This document shows positions 1 through 9,040 of a stretch of DNA of 43,755 bases, piece after piece. The stretch lies in the UHGV virus genome UHGV-0008389. The stretch is one strand, 5' to 3'. This DNA comes from a virus. The position numbers were made by a program, and so were the translations under genes. Within the stretch, counting starts at the first letter, position 1. The number at the start of each line of letters is the position of its first letter. The notes beneath the pieces were generated by a model, which was not told where the DNA came from, did not search any database, and was given only the letters and a program-made list of their open reading frames with translations.

Positions 1-90
1 TCACTCTGCCAGATGGCGCAATGCCATCTGGTATCACTTAAAGGTATTAAAAACAACTTTTTGTCTTTTTACCTTCCCGTTTCGCTCAAG
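1..90. other. Bacterial chromosomal flank (B' side of attB-lambda) with a hairpin at about 8-30
   Basis: Reverse complement reads CTTGAGCGAAACGGGAAGGTAAAAAGACAA directly 3' of the core, matching the attB-lambda B' arm as recalled; inverted repeat CCAGATGGC...GCCATCTGG. Confidence 0.6.
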
Positions 91-105
91 TTAGTATAAA
101 AAAGC
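91..105. other. attR: attR core (15-bp lambda common core O at a P-O-B' junction)
   Basis: Sequence TTAGTATAAAAAAGC is the reverse complement of the lambda core GCTTTTTTATACTAA, with P-arm sequence on one side and B'-type sequence on the other. Confidence 0.8.
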
Positions 106-245
106 TGAACGTGAAACATTAAAAACCATTAATATCAATGTGTTGCAATATCTTTAGTCTAAAAAATAGACTGCATAATGCTACAAAACACAACATATCC
201 AGTCACTATGAATCAACTACTTAGATAGCATTAGTGACCTGTAAC
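106..245. promoter_or_regulatory. Lambda attP P arm (Int arm-type, IHF and Xis binding region)
   Basis: Reverse complement of 181-250 reads GCTCTGTTACAGGTCACTAATGCTATCTAAGTAGTTGATTCATAGTGACTGGATATGTTGTGTTTT, near-identical to the lambda P arm as recalled. Confidence 0.7.
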
Positions 246-251
246 AGAGCA

Positions 252-292
252 TTAGCGCAAGGTGATTTTTTGTCTTCTTGCGCTAATTTTTT
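252..292 (+). terminator. sib: sib/tI-like hairpin with T-tract (int retroregulation element)
   Basis: Stem TTAGCGCAAG / CTTGCGCTAA followed by TTTTTTG; matches the lambda sequence next to the P arm as recalled and is oriented in the int-transcript direction. Confidence 0.6.
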
Positions 293-622
293 GTCAACGC
301 ACTGGGTTAGTTGAATTTACAACCATGCTCAGTATCTCGATAAACGCAGAGAAATGATGCAGTGGTGGGCGGATTGGCTTGATGAAAAAGTGGCATAGCG
401 CCACCTACATCCCTGGGAAATCATCAAACTAACCTGCACGCGCATCGTTGATGATGCACCCATCCCATTTTTTTGATAGGATTAACACGAGAACAGAAAG
501 AATTATATCTAATTGTTTTTAAAGCGGAAATTTTCATACCATCTTTTCCATTACCGTTTTTATATAAATGTAATGAAGTATAGCTTTAAATGATTTAACA
601 TCAGGATATTATATAATCCCTA

Positions 623-1822
623 ATGGTCGTGAGCGTTTTTATGTTTGACTTGACGTTTATTATCTTTATTTTATCTTCCATCCCTGTATTTTTTGTTTTT
701 TGGATTGCCGGAAGGTTTAAGAATGAATTAGTTGCAGACTCTTCTTTTGGGTTGCGAGGTGATGACAATTTATCTTGCCTCAGGGGGTTGGCGGCTGTCA
801 TGGTCGCCCTTCACCATTCAGTATATATGTTCAATTATCTTTATCATGATAAATGGAGTATATTTTTGAATGATGGATTTACGGCGAAGTCAAGCAACAA
901 TAGTTTATTGGCTATTGCATATTTTGGCTCCATTCCAGTCATGATATTCTTTATGATTACAGGGTTTCTCTTCTTTAGAAAAATAATAAACAAACCAATA
1001 AACAATGCTGCAATATTTTTGTCGGCGCGAGTTAAGAGACTAATTCCAATGTATGCATTCATGGTGCTTTGCGTTGTTTGTGTTTCTGAATTAATTCGAC
1101 CCAACGATAGCATTGGGATTCACAACATTATTGTTGAAGTTGGCCGATATTTTACGTTTGGTATAATTGACCCTAATGGCCTTACACCTTCTATTCATGG
1201 ATCTTTAATCGTTGGCGGGGTTATCTGGACTCTTGCATATGAGTGGGGTTTTTATATAATTTTACCATATATCTCTATGTTCGTAAAATCAATAAGAGAT
1301 GCATGTTTTTCGGTAATAATTATGCTTTTCTCGGTATTAATTGCTTACCGCCAAGGGCTTATCAGTGAAATGTTTGCCACTCTTCTCTTTTGCTTTATTG
1401 GTGGCTTTGTTGCAGCGCTAGCTTCTGGTTACCTAAAGAACAACGCTATCAAACAAGCCAATAGCGTAATGATGACAATTGTGTACCTTTTATCGCTTAT
1501 TGCTGTTGCATACTGGCAGGACTTTAACATTTACAATGTTTACATAGTGATTCCGCTATTTTTGTTTTTTTTAAGTGCGTGTACTGGCTCCAAAGCTTTT
1601 CAAATTATAAACACCAAGTTCTTCAAGGTGGCGGGTTCTGTAAGTTACAGCATTTATTTGATGCATGGCTTAAGCATGGTAATGACCTTTAATTTCATTT
1701 CAAGCTCATTAAACTATACTGAGTTTGCAGCAATATCTTTATCAATTTGTGCAATGATAAGTTGCTTAACTTACTTATACATTGAAAAACCCGCAATGAA
1801 AAAACAGTTTAAAAACAATTAG
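623..1822 (+). CDS. Integral-membrane acyltransferase (acyltransferase-3 family, OafA/Oac-like O-antigen acetylase); lysogenic-conversion moron
   Basis: 399 aa, multiple hydrophobic segments, N-terminal LRGLAAVMVALHHS motif typical of acyltransferase-3; strongly AT-rich; lies between attR and the tail-fibre genes on the opposite strand. Start may be the second ATG at 641. Confidence 0.75.
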   Translation: MVVSVFMFDLTFIIFILSSIPVFFVFWIAGRFKNELVADSSFGLRGDDNLSCLRGLAAVMVALHHSVYMFNYLYHDKWSIFLNDGFTAKSSNNSLLAIAYFGSIPVMIFFMITGFLFFRKIINKPINNAAIFLSARVKRLIPMYAFMVLCVVCVSELIRPNDSIGIHNIIVEVGRYFTFGIIDPNGLTPSIHGSLIVGGVIWTLAYEWGFYIILPYISMFVKSIRDACFSVIIMLFSVLIAYRQGLISEMFATLLFCFIGGFVAALASGYLKNNAIKQANSVMMTIVYLLSLIAVAYWQDFNIYNVYIVIPLFLFFLSACTGSKAFQIINTKFFKVAGSVSYSIYLMHGLSMVMTFNFISSSLNYTEFAAISLSICAMISCLTYLYIEKPAMKKQFKNN

Positions 1823-1831
1823 TTAAAATAT

Positions 1832-1861
1832 TGGTCTCTCAGCAAATGCTGAGTGACCAAT
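1832..1861. terminator. Hairpin between convergent acyltransferase and tail-fibre-assembly genes
   Basis: Inverted repeat TTGGTCTCTCAGC aaat GCTGAGTGACCAA with one mismatch. Confidence 0.45.
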
Positions 1862-1865
1862 GAAG

Positions 1866-2297
1866 TTAAGCTGGCTTAATAGGCCATTCTATATCGGGAG
1901 CCTTGGTAACATTAATAGCTTCCAATTCATCAAGATAATCCAGCCATGCACCATACTGATATTTTTCATCATTACGGAGCCGACCCATAGCCGCTTTTCC
2001 AGGCCATTGCTTGCTGTTCATGTTAGAGTTGGCCTGTTCAATAAGAATCTGCCTCTTGCGTTCTGCTGCTGCTACCTGCTCATCATGAGTTAGTGCTGGT
2101 AGTTCCCCCCATTCCGGATAACCATCTTTTCCAGCGATGCGGACCTTCCCAGTTGGCGGTTCCTTTGTATATTCTGTAAATATATCTTCGTCACATTCAA
2201 CACCATCAGTAGGCCAGCAATTTCCAGAAATATAATCTTCTTTCATTGATGTTGGATAGAAAGCGTTATTTATTGCACTGTACACATATTTTTTCAT
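1866..2297 (-). CDS. tfa: Tail fibre assembly protein (Tfa)
   Basis: 143 aa; C-terminus APDIEWPIKPA resembles the conserved Tfa C-terminus (lambda Tfa ...APDIEWPAVPV as recalled); immediately downstream of the tail-fibre gene. Confidence 0.8.
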   Translation of the reverse strand: MKKYVYSAINNAFYPTSMKEDYISGNCWPTDGVECDEDIFTEYTKEPPTGKVRIAGKDGYPEWGELPALTHDEQVAAAERKRQILIEQANSNMNSKQWPGKAAMGRLRNDEKYQYGAWLDYLDELEAINVTKAPDIEWPIKPA

Positions 2298-2298
2298 T

Positions 2299-3054
2299 TT
2301 ATTTACCTATAGCTATCCATCGACAATAAGTTGTATTGCTACCTGATGGCTGGGAACCCATTAAGCTAAAACCAAGACCGGTACTAACGGGTGTAGCAGC
2401 AAAAGAAGGAATTGAATTTACTGAAGATTCCGTATTATCATACGACACAACAATTTGCACGGTTGAGTAGTTGGTAAATGCAATGGGGAAATTTATAAAA
2501 GTGGGAGATCCAATCGCTCCTGCCACTGAAATACCACGTTGAAAGATAGTTCCATCAGGGTAACGACACCAGCCATTTCCACTTGTAAAGCTAGACATGT
2601 CAGGAATTTGATTGGTGCCGGTCCCTACATTTCTTTTAGCCGCTTCTCCTAAACCAAGATATGAAAAAGCATCTTTCCACCCGGCACCATTGCTGTTTGG
2701 ATCAGATAGATTTCCTTCTGTTGTGTTAATGAATATTCTTTCCCCATCGTTCGAGATGAGCATCGCCCCTGACGGATATCCAGAAATCTCCGAAGCAAAT
2801 TCAGAATCAAAAGTATTCAGCGCCCCGCTGCTCGACCATCTACCCAGAGCAGAAAGTTCGTATAAAATTTGGTTCATATCCTGGCCTTTTGGCGGCAAAC
2901 CGCCAGCAGATTTCAGGATCATTGTTATTGGAGGAAACCCCAGTTCATACGATGCTGAGTTATCTCCTGCAGGAGTGGTTGGCAATATTACCCCTCTCTG
3001 TCCATTAACTCCAAATGGCTTAGGTTGTTTTTTAGGTGAGTCAGAACGATTCAT
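2299..3054 (-). CDS. Tail fibre protein
   Basis: 251 aa, Gly/Ser/Thr-rich; position between the baseplate gene and tfa. Confidence 0.65.
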   Translation of the reverse strand: MNRSDSPKKQPKPFGVNGQRGVILPTTPAGDNSASYELGFPPITMILKSAGGLPPKGQDMNQILYELSALGRWSSSGALNTFDSEFASEISGYPSGAMLISNDGERIFINTTEGNLSDPNSNGAGWKDAFSYLGLGEAAKRNVGTGTNQIPDMSSFTSGNGWCRYPDGTIFQRGISVAGAIGSPTFINFPIAFTNYSTVQIVVSYDNTESSVNSIPSFAATPVSTGLGFSLMGSQPSGSNTTYCRWIAIGK

Positions 3055-3056
3055 GC

Positions 3057-3695
3057 TTAATTCCTATAAAATGTGCCATCATTAAACGGATAGGCATCAG
3101 ATGCAAAACCAAAATAATGGCTAATGATTTTACGTATATTTACCAGAACACCACTCGGAACGGGCATCACCTCATAATTCGTGAGAATAGATTCTTCGTA
3201 TGGCGCAAGCTCAAATTCAAACGTTATTCCTATTGTCATATCTCGATAATTTACGCAATATGCTCTCCCTCTTTGATAAAAAAGTATTTTTAGAAATTTA
3301 TTTATATCTGTAATGGTGGCTATGCTTATGTTGGCAAATGCCTTGCAAAAAATCAATGTTCTGTAAGCGTCATCCCCGAGCCTGACACTTGTTGTTTCCT
3401 GCACTCCACCATAAAAAGGAGAATCATTAAATGGTGAAGGATAATCAGTGCTTCCATCGTCAGCCTCACTAAATCCAAATGAGTCACTGTCAATTGGAGC
3501 GACGATGTATCTGCTTATACCTACTATTTTCCCCCACATATCAAGGCCAAAAGATTCACACGTTGTCAAATCCCATACCTTTTTGATGAATTCATCTGTG
3601 AAGTCATCTAGGCTTACCGCCTGATTAAAAGTGTCAATGACAGATAATAGTTTTTTGCTTGCCGAGTATTGGGTAAGAATTGTGTCTTCCCACAT
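3057..3695 (-). CDS. Baseplate/tail protein (Mu gp48 / YmfQ-like, tentative DUF2313)
   Basis: 212 aa; synteny with the J-like baseplate gene upstream and tail fibre downstream. Confidence 0.55.
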   Translation of the reverse strand: MWEDTILTQYSASKKLLSVIDTFNQAVSLDDFTDEFIKKVWDLTTCESFGLDMWGKIVGISRYIVAPIDSDSFGFSEADDGSTDYPSPFNDSPFYGGVQETTSVRLGDDAYRTLIFCKAFANISIATITDINKFLKILFYQRGRAYCVNYRDMTIGITFEFELAPYEESILTNYEVMPVPSGVLVNIRKIISHYFGFASDAYPFNDGTFYRN

Positions 3696-3706
3696 GCTGC
3701 TCCCCC

Positions 3707-4936
3707 CTACGATAATGTAACAGTGATATCTGATTCCTGAATGGTTGGAACCTGGTCTATGCCCATAGTCACAGCGGGTCCGTATAGTGAACCGTCTATG
3801 GAAATTTCAAGAGACAAAATTCCAACTGTATCAGGAGATATTGAAATAACAGGGGCATAGTATTTACCAGCATTTATCGTAGAACCAATTCGTGCCTTTC
3901 CAATACCCTCATACCCTCCATTGAACACGGTGACAACCATTTCCTTTACTTGTTTAGTAATATCACTTGGGGGATTTAGTGAAGAATCGATATTTACCTT
4001 AAAGTAAACCCGCGTAGGTGATGCCTTTTGCCATTGCATTACGTAAGATGGATATGGCGGCATGTAATTAACGTTATCGTAAACAGTGAACGTTGTATCA
4101 CCATTCATATTGGCGCCGGGGTTATAAGTATTGAATATTGACTCAGCAACATCAGTATCAGCCCCGCCATAAACACAAATATAAACAGAATGCGCAAGAA
4201 TCGGGAAATTCGTTGTTCCTTTATTTACTGTTTCTGCAGTTCTGTTTGACCATACGTAAGCATCAAGCACACCATCTGTCGCAAGTAACGCAGCTAATGT
4301 AGACGCATCCTGATTTCTGCTGTTTCTGGCAACTGATTGTCTCCGGCGAGTTTCAAAGGCGATCCGTGATTCAACATCAACACCAACGACCCCAGGGCTG
4401 ATATTATTTACAGCATCCCACCCGGAAACGGCTCGATAAATCTGATTCAGGGAGCCCGCTGCACACGGAATTGGTCCGGTTGTTGTGTTGACAAACTGCA
4501 CATCAACAGAGCCTGATGAGGGTATTACGGCATTGTCAATTGACTGATATATATACCCGCTCGTATCCACAGCGGTACTCCCTGCTGGTATTGTTGTTCC
4601 AACCTGACCAATGCATGTTGCCGTAACAACTGTCCCCTGAGCAGCGATCCGTTCCATAAAGTAAATCCGGCCAATCCCGTCCTGGAATCTGCCAGTTGAA
4701 AAGTCAGGGTTAATTTGATTAAACAAACAAAGAAGCTTGTCGTATTCCTGAGCGATAATTTCAGTATCAGACTGTGCGATCTGCCCTTGCGGTGAACTCA
4801 GTGACTGACTTGCACCACCACCAAGAGCCGTTGACATGTCTGTAAGTCTTCCCGCCAGCACATCCGCTATGTCGGGAACTGAAAGACCGTTTTCAGTGAT
4901 GGTTACATCAGGAACAGCCGTATTTAATATCGTCAT
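3707..4936 (-). CDS. Baseplate J-like protein (Mu gp47-like)
   Basis: 409 aa; size and position in a Mu-like baseplate cluster. Confidence 0.6.
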   Translation of the reverse strand: MTILNTAVPDVTITENGLSVPDIADVLAGRLTDMSTALGGGASQSLSSPQGQIAQSDTEIIAQEYDKLLCLFNQINPDFSTGRFQDGIGRIYFMERIAAQGTVVTATCIGQVGTTIPAGSTAVDTSGYIYQSIDNAVIPSSGSVDVQFVNTTTGPIPCAAGSLNQIYRAVSGWDAVNNISPGVVGVDVESRIAFETRRRQSVARNSRNQDASTLAALLATDGVLDAYVWSNRTAETVNKGTTNFPILAHSVYICVYGGADTDVAESIFNTYNPGANMNGDTTFTVYDNVNYMPPYPSYVMQWQKASPTRVYFKVNIDSSLNPPSDITKQVKEMVVTVFNGGYEGIGKARIGSTINAGKYYAPVISISPDTVGILSLEISIDGSLYGPAVTMGIDQVPTIQESDITVTLS

Positions 4937-5292
4937 AAGGTGGCCTGTGCAATATTACCATTGATATCTGTAACGCGGATTGTGCCGCGAGTTGTGCGTG
5001 TATTCTTGTCAAAGAAAACTGATGCCAGAGCATCCTCAACGACAGGTAATTTGAGTGCTTCAGCCTGCATTTTCTGAGCAATAAAACCAGGAGATGGTCG
5101 CCTGCCAAGAACTTCTGCCTTCCATGGAATCCCAAGCGTATTATCGTAATAACACTCTCCAGAAAACACCAGGCACGCACTGGCGACATCCTGAGCAACA
5201 GAATATGATTCTTCTGCGATCGCCAGATTGCCATTTCCGTCAAGCGTCAAGTCCCACGTAGAAGTGTCCAGTTGCATAGTTCTGTATGTCAT
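4933..5292 (-). CDS. Baseplate protein (Mu gp46 / GP46-like)
   Basis: 119 aa; translationally coupled between the V-like and J-like genes. Confidence 0.5.
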   Translation of the reverse strand: MTYRTMQLDTSTWDLTLDGNGNLAIAEESYSVAQDVASACLVFSGECYYDNTLGIPWKAEVLGRRPSPGFIAQKMQAEALKLPVVEDALASVFFDKNTRTTRGTIRVTDINGNIAQATL

Positions 5293-5981
5293 GTCGGTTT
5301 ATCCGTTGCATTGGAATTTATTGTTGACCCACCACTTTGTACTCCTGAAACAGAATGTTTGTGATTGTTATAGTTGTCCCTTAAATTTTTAACAGTAGAT
5401 GACTGTGAACTTGCGTTATCCTGAATATCGCCGCTAACTTTAAGTAAAGGTGTATTCATGTTGACTCCACCAGGAGCATCAATATTTAACGATGAACATT
5501 TAATATTTAGTGGATTAGGCGTGGTTATATTTATTGCACCGTCAGCGAATTCAATGAATTGAGTAGGTGAAATGTTTAATACCCCACCAAGATAAATCGC
5601 ATCCGATTTACTGTGTCGTCTTTTGCTTCCAGGTACTGATTCTTTACGATTTTTTCTTACCAGTGATGTGTCTTTGTCGCATACCGCAATCAGACCAATA
5701 TCACCCGCCACAGGGTCCATAATTACAGCACTGTTGCCTCTCTGCAACCGCCATACAGGAATATCATATAAAACCGAGTTGGAAATCATTTTTCCTGTGC
5801 GGTCTGTTCTGGTCAGCAAAGGAAGAGCATCAACAACTAAATCTGGTGCCTCACCCCTGACTTCCTGAACTTTTGCTAACTCAATGAAGAAATATCCAGA
5901 CATCAGCATCTCAAAAATATATTCCTGAGATTGAGCCTCACTCACCTGAGCAGGTGTTGGGGTAAATAGTTGCTTATCCAT
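5289..5981 (-). CDS. Baseplate assembly protein V-like (spike)
   Basis: Longest ORF is 5289-6074; the internal Met (MDKQLF...) gives a start abutting the upstream gene. Position and size fit a gpV-like spike. Confidence 0.55.
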   Translation of the reverse strand: MDKQLFTPTPAQVSEAQSQEYIFEMLMSGYFFIELAKVQEVRGEAPDLVVDALPLLTRTDRTGKMISNSVLYDIPVWRLQRGNSAVIMDPVAGDIGLIAVCDKDTSLVRKNRKESVPGSKRRHSKSDAIYLGGVLNISPTQFIEFADGAINITTPNPLNIKCSSLNIDAPGGVNMNTPLLKVSGDIQDNASSQSSTVKNLRDNYNNHKHSVSGVQSGGSTINSNATDKPT

Positions 5982-6963
5982 TATTCTGTTGTGCCTCTGC
6001 TCTTTGTTCTGCTGTTCTGGCGGCAATACATATTGAGTGCCATGAACCATTTGGCATCCATGATGATAATTCATGCTGAACGGAGGTTAACTTATACCTT
6101 CCGCTTGCATGTGGTAGTTCTGTTTTGATATCCACATATCTTCCAATGCAAAGGAGAGATGAATATTGCGTCTGAAACATCAGTCCCCCATTTGAAAATA
6201 CAGGATATCCAACAAGTCCGTATTCTCTGGATATAAACGGAATCACATCGTCTCTGTTTTTTTCTGAAGGCCAGAACTCTACTTTTGCAGGTGGCGTAGC
6301 TGACATCGCCAGTCCATAATCTGAACAGATTCTATAAAGCTGCTCAAAAACACTTCCTTCAAAATGCGGACTTCCTGATGTTGTCATCCCTTTTACATTA
6401 TTAAACACAGCTTCATAACCTGCACTTTCACAAATGGATGAGATGACATCTTCAACACTTTGCGCCCCCTGTGCTGTAAACGGGCTTGCTGGCATGTTCT
6501 GTAAATCAACATTAGAAGAGGCTGTTATCATCAGACTGCTTTCAGGAGCAGAATTCATGTTTGCTATTGATGAAAGCATCGTGCCAGAAAAAACAAGAGA
6601 GTCATCAGCAAATACTTCAACATTTAACTTCTGTCCGTCTCCAACAATACCATCAGCCTTCCCTGATATATCAGCAAGCCTTTCAATTCCTAACCCGTAA
6701 AGGGATATATCAGCCTGAGCGCCTCCCCGACCTGTAACAAAGTTCAGTGATACTGTTGACTTAACATTTCTTATGGAGATTTTATTGTTTCCATTTTTAT
6801 CAAATGCTGATGATTCATTCGTGAAGTCAAACCGAAGACTGTGATTTTTATACAAGCTCGTTTTCCTCGATGTAATACAGCAAGTAACGGCTACCCAAGC
6901 CTTCCCATTGCGGGTCCGATTCCCCATCATTATCAATGAAAATAAGGTCTCCCTTAAATCCAA
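5974..6963 (-). CDS. Baseplate hub / tail protein (Mu gp44-like); 5' end uncertain
   Basis: 329-aa ORF in a Mu-like tail cluster; the annotated start overlaps the upstream ORF by about 115 nt, so the true start is probably downstream (possible TTG near 6855). Confidence 0.45.
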   Translation of the reverse strand: MDLRETLFSLIMMGNRTRNGKAWVAVTCCITSRKTSLYKNHSLRFDFTNESSAFDKNGNNKISIRNVKSTVSLNFVTGRGGAQADISLYGLGIERLADISGKADGIVGDGQKLNVEVFADDSLVFSGTMLSSIANMNSAPESSLMITASSNVDLQNMPASPFTAQGAQSVEDVISSICESAGYEAVFNNVKGMTTSGSPHFEGSVFEQLYRICSDYGLAMSATPPAKVEFWPSEKNRDDVIPFISREYGLVGYPVFSNGGLMFQTQYSSLLCIGRYVDIKTELPHASGRYKLTSVQHELSSWMPNGSWHSICIAARTAEQRAEAQQNNG

Positions 6964-7150
6964 GGTAGGAATATCTTACCATCTTATTCCCATACAGACA
7001 TGGAACGCCCTGCATAATTGGGACTTCATTAACAGTTAAATCCATGTACATAAAACTCTGTCGCTGAACAAGTTTTATATTACATTGCTGACCAGCCAGA
7101 CTTACCGAAATGGACTGAGATTTGCTGGGAAGAACAGATACTGTAATCAT
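6848..7150 (-). CDS. Hypothetical tail protein
   Basis: 100-aa ORF within the tail operon, coupled to the upstream gene. Confidence 0.35.
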   Translation of the reverse strand: MITVSVLPSKSQSISVSLAGQQCNIKLVQRQSFMYMDLTVNEVPIMQGVPCLYGNKMVRYSYLGFKGDLIFIDNDGESDPQWEGLGSRYLLYYIEENELV

Positions 7151-7962
7151 GTACTCGCCTTAACTATATTTTTTGCAATATCTGCCGCTTTTTTTGTTGC
7201 GCTGTTTGTGACTTCGAGTATTGGTTTGGATACCGTATCAAGAGCGCTCTGGAATTCAGTCTTGATTGTGTCGGAGATTTTTCCAGTGATTTCGCCAACA
7301 GATGACTTCAGTGATGACCATGATTTACTTAGCTCATCGACAGTAGATTCCCTGGCTCCGCCATTGGTTATTTGCGGATCAACTCCTACATCTCCCTGTG
7401 ACTTATTGTTATCCGTTGGCTTCTGTTCTGACTGAGATCCAGAGAGGATAACCTCCATTTGCTGAATGACCTCCTGAAAATCAAGATAAACCGTCAGAAG
7501 AGTCACCCCTTTTTGAGAGTTAACTTCGTAATAGTGGTCAACAAGGTCGAAACTCTCCAGAGTTTCCTTTGGCGTTTCAATATCGTATGTTTTTGCTGAT
7601 GACAACATCGTTTTGATTGTGTTCAGCGTGCTGTTCTGGCTTGTGAATGTGAGATCGAAAATATTCGGGATGTTGCCGGAAAAACCAGTAAGACCATTTA
7701 CGATGATTGCGCATCTTATTCTGGCGGGTTCTTTAACTTTGTTGATGGACTGGTATTTCCCTTTCTCCACCGGAGCGTTTGTTATTTGCGCCCTTCCACT
7801 TGGCTGTACGGATGCCATACCACTGAACTCAAGAGCAACCTCGCCAGTTTCCCTGTCACGAATCACATACTGGGGATGCAGAACGCTGTCGATGATCGAA
7901 AGCGGAGAGCCACCACCGATAGCATTGAATATGTCTGCTGTGTTTAAATCGATTATGCTCAT
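7147..7962 (-). CDS. Hypothetical tail/baseplate protein
   Basis: 271 aa; first gene after the minus-strand terminator at 7975-7999, resuming the tail operon. Confidence 0.4.
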   Translation of the reverse strand: MSIIDLNTADIFNAIGGGSPLSIIDSVLHPQYVIRDRETGEVALEFSGMASVQPSGRAQITNAPVEKGKYQSINKVKEPARIRCAIIVNGLTGFSGNIPNIFDLTFTSQNSTLNTIKTMLSSAKTYDIETPKETLESFDLVDHYYEVNSQKGVTLLTVYLDFQEVIQQMEVILSGSQSEQKPTDNNKSQGDVGVDPQITNGGARESTVDELSKSWSSLKSSVGEITGKISDTIKTEFQSALDTVSKPILEVTNSATKKAADIAKNIVKAST

Positions 7963-7974
7963 CTACTCTCCATT

Positions 7975-7999
7975 AAACAAAAACCCAGCCGAAGCTGGG
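7975..7999 (-). terminator. Intrinsic terminator closing the inserted immI-like module
   Basis: On the minus strand CCCAGC ttcg GCTGGG followed by TTTTTGTTT. Confidence 0.6.
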
Positions 8000-8012
8000 T
8001 TTAGTGAATTGG

Positions 8013-8231
8013 CTAGTTATCAAAAAGTCCGTACGTTTCTTCTTCAGGAGTAAGGGGAAGAATCTCAATTCTATCTATAGATACCTTTTCAATGTACCCA
8101 TGAGGTCTGCTTAAAATTAAAGCTCTCTCATGCCACAGAACTCCAAGAATGTGATACCTTCCAGCATAGCCTTTTACCCTGGCTCTTCCTTTGATTCTTG
8201 GCGGCATAATGCCATATTTTTTCTTTGCCAT
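8013..8231 (-). CDS. Hypothetical small basic protein
   Basis: 72-aa ORF coupled to the upstream gene (ATG overlaps its stop). Confidence 0.4.
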   Translation of the reverse strand: MAKKKYGIMPPRIKGRARVKGYAGRYHILGVLWHERALILSRPHGYIEKVSIDRIEILPLTPEEETYGLFDN

Positions 8232-9007
8232 TATGCAACATTACTCCCATGAATCAGGTGTTGTAGTGCTTTAACACCTTCCGCATTGTAGCGGAATGCT
8301 TCCACCTGTTTGCTGGAATGTGCAGATTTATCCAGGAAGAACTTCCCGTACTGCTCAGTTTTGAGGTTGTTTGCGTTAGCAATGCGACCAATCTTGTTGG
8401 CCGTTACTCCAAGCTGCTCTGCAACCTCCCCTGCTGAGTAGTAATGCTCTTCTATTGCTGGAAGAGGTATTGCATTAAAACCAACGATCGGGTTGATTAT
8501 GTTTGCTGCCGCAGTCTGCTTTGCTTCCGGCGCAAGATTTGGCATCAAATCGAACAGATTGATAACAGCTTCAACCGTCATTTTCAATGTTCGCGCCTGG
8601 CGATACTCAACAAGTCCACTCGACGATTTACCGCTTTTAATGTGCGCTTCCTGCATACTTTCAAGTTTGTCTACAAGTGTTCGGCGAACTGCTTTAGATT
8701 CGCGAGCAGCAACACGAAGCGCCTGCTTGATAGTCATGGAGATAACATCAATGTCAGCCCCGTTTTTCCGACCTACACTTTTTGTGTAGGTCTCGCCCTC
8801 CAATTCATCCTCAATTTTCTCGATGAATTTGTTGTTACGTACTGATGGCTCTCCACATAACTTGCGAGCTTCATTAACCATCATCAGAAGACTTTGACTG
8901 TCAATGGTTTTATCCGTGACAACGGATCCGATGTTTGCTACATTCTTAAAAGTCATTAGGCATTCCTTATGTGGTAGTAAGGGTGTGACATAGGCCGCCA
9001 GCAGCAC
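8231..9007 (-). CDS. Putative antirepressor-like regulatory protein (KilA-C-like C-terminal region, tentative)
   Basis: 258-aa ORF; C-terminal ...AGEVAEQLGVTANKIGRIANANNLKTEQYGKFF resembles KilA-C/ANT-type domains; real start may be the internal Met at about 8956. Confidence 0.4.
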   Translation of the reverse strand: MLLAAYVTPLLPHKECLMTFKNVANIGSVVTDKTIDSQSLLMMVNEARKLCGEPSVRNNKFIEKIEDELEGETYTKSVGRKNGADIDVISMTIKQALRVAARESKAVRRTLVDKLESMQEAHIKSGKSSSGLVEYRQARTLKMTVEAVINLFDLMPNLAPEAKQTAAANIINPIVGFNAIPLPAIEEHYYSAGEVAEQLGVTANKIGRIANANNLKTEQYGKFFLDKSAHSSKQVEAFRYNAEGVKALQHLIHGSNVA

Positions 9008-9021
9008 ACTGGCGGTTTTTT
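8990..9021 (+). terminator. Plus-strand hairpin with T8 between ant and the next gene
   Basis: CCGCCAG cagcaca CTGGCGG followed by TTTTTTTT on the plus strand. Confidence 0.4.
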
Positions 9022-9040
9022 TTCACCGCCAGATGCGTCA

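Noticed and set aside
1-120. tRNA gene at the integration site
   Set aside because: The junction matches the lambda att core and attB-lambda flank rather than a tRNA 3' end; no cloverleaf or T-loop consensus seen.
601-1113. Minus-strand ORFs 601-801 and 844-1113 inside the acyltransferase gene
   Set aside because: Antisense shadow ORFs within a well-supported membrane-protein gene; AT-rich sequence readily yields such frames.
1860-7435. Plus-strand ORFs within the tail-gene block (1860-2093, 2612-3085, 3036-3293, 5623-5868, 6434-6700, 7085-7435) and the alternate-frame minus ORF 4908-5243
   Set aside because: All lie antisense to or out of frame within coupled tail/baseplate genes and have biased, low-complexity translations.
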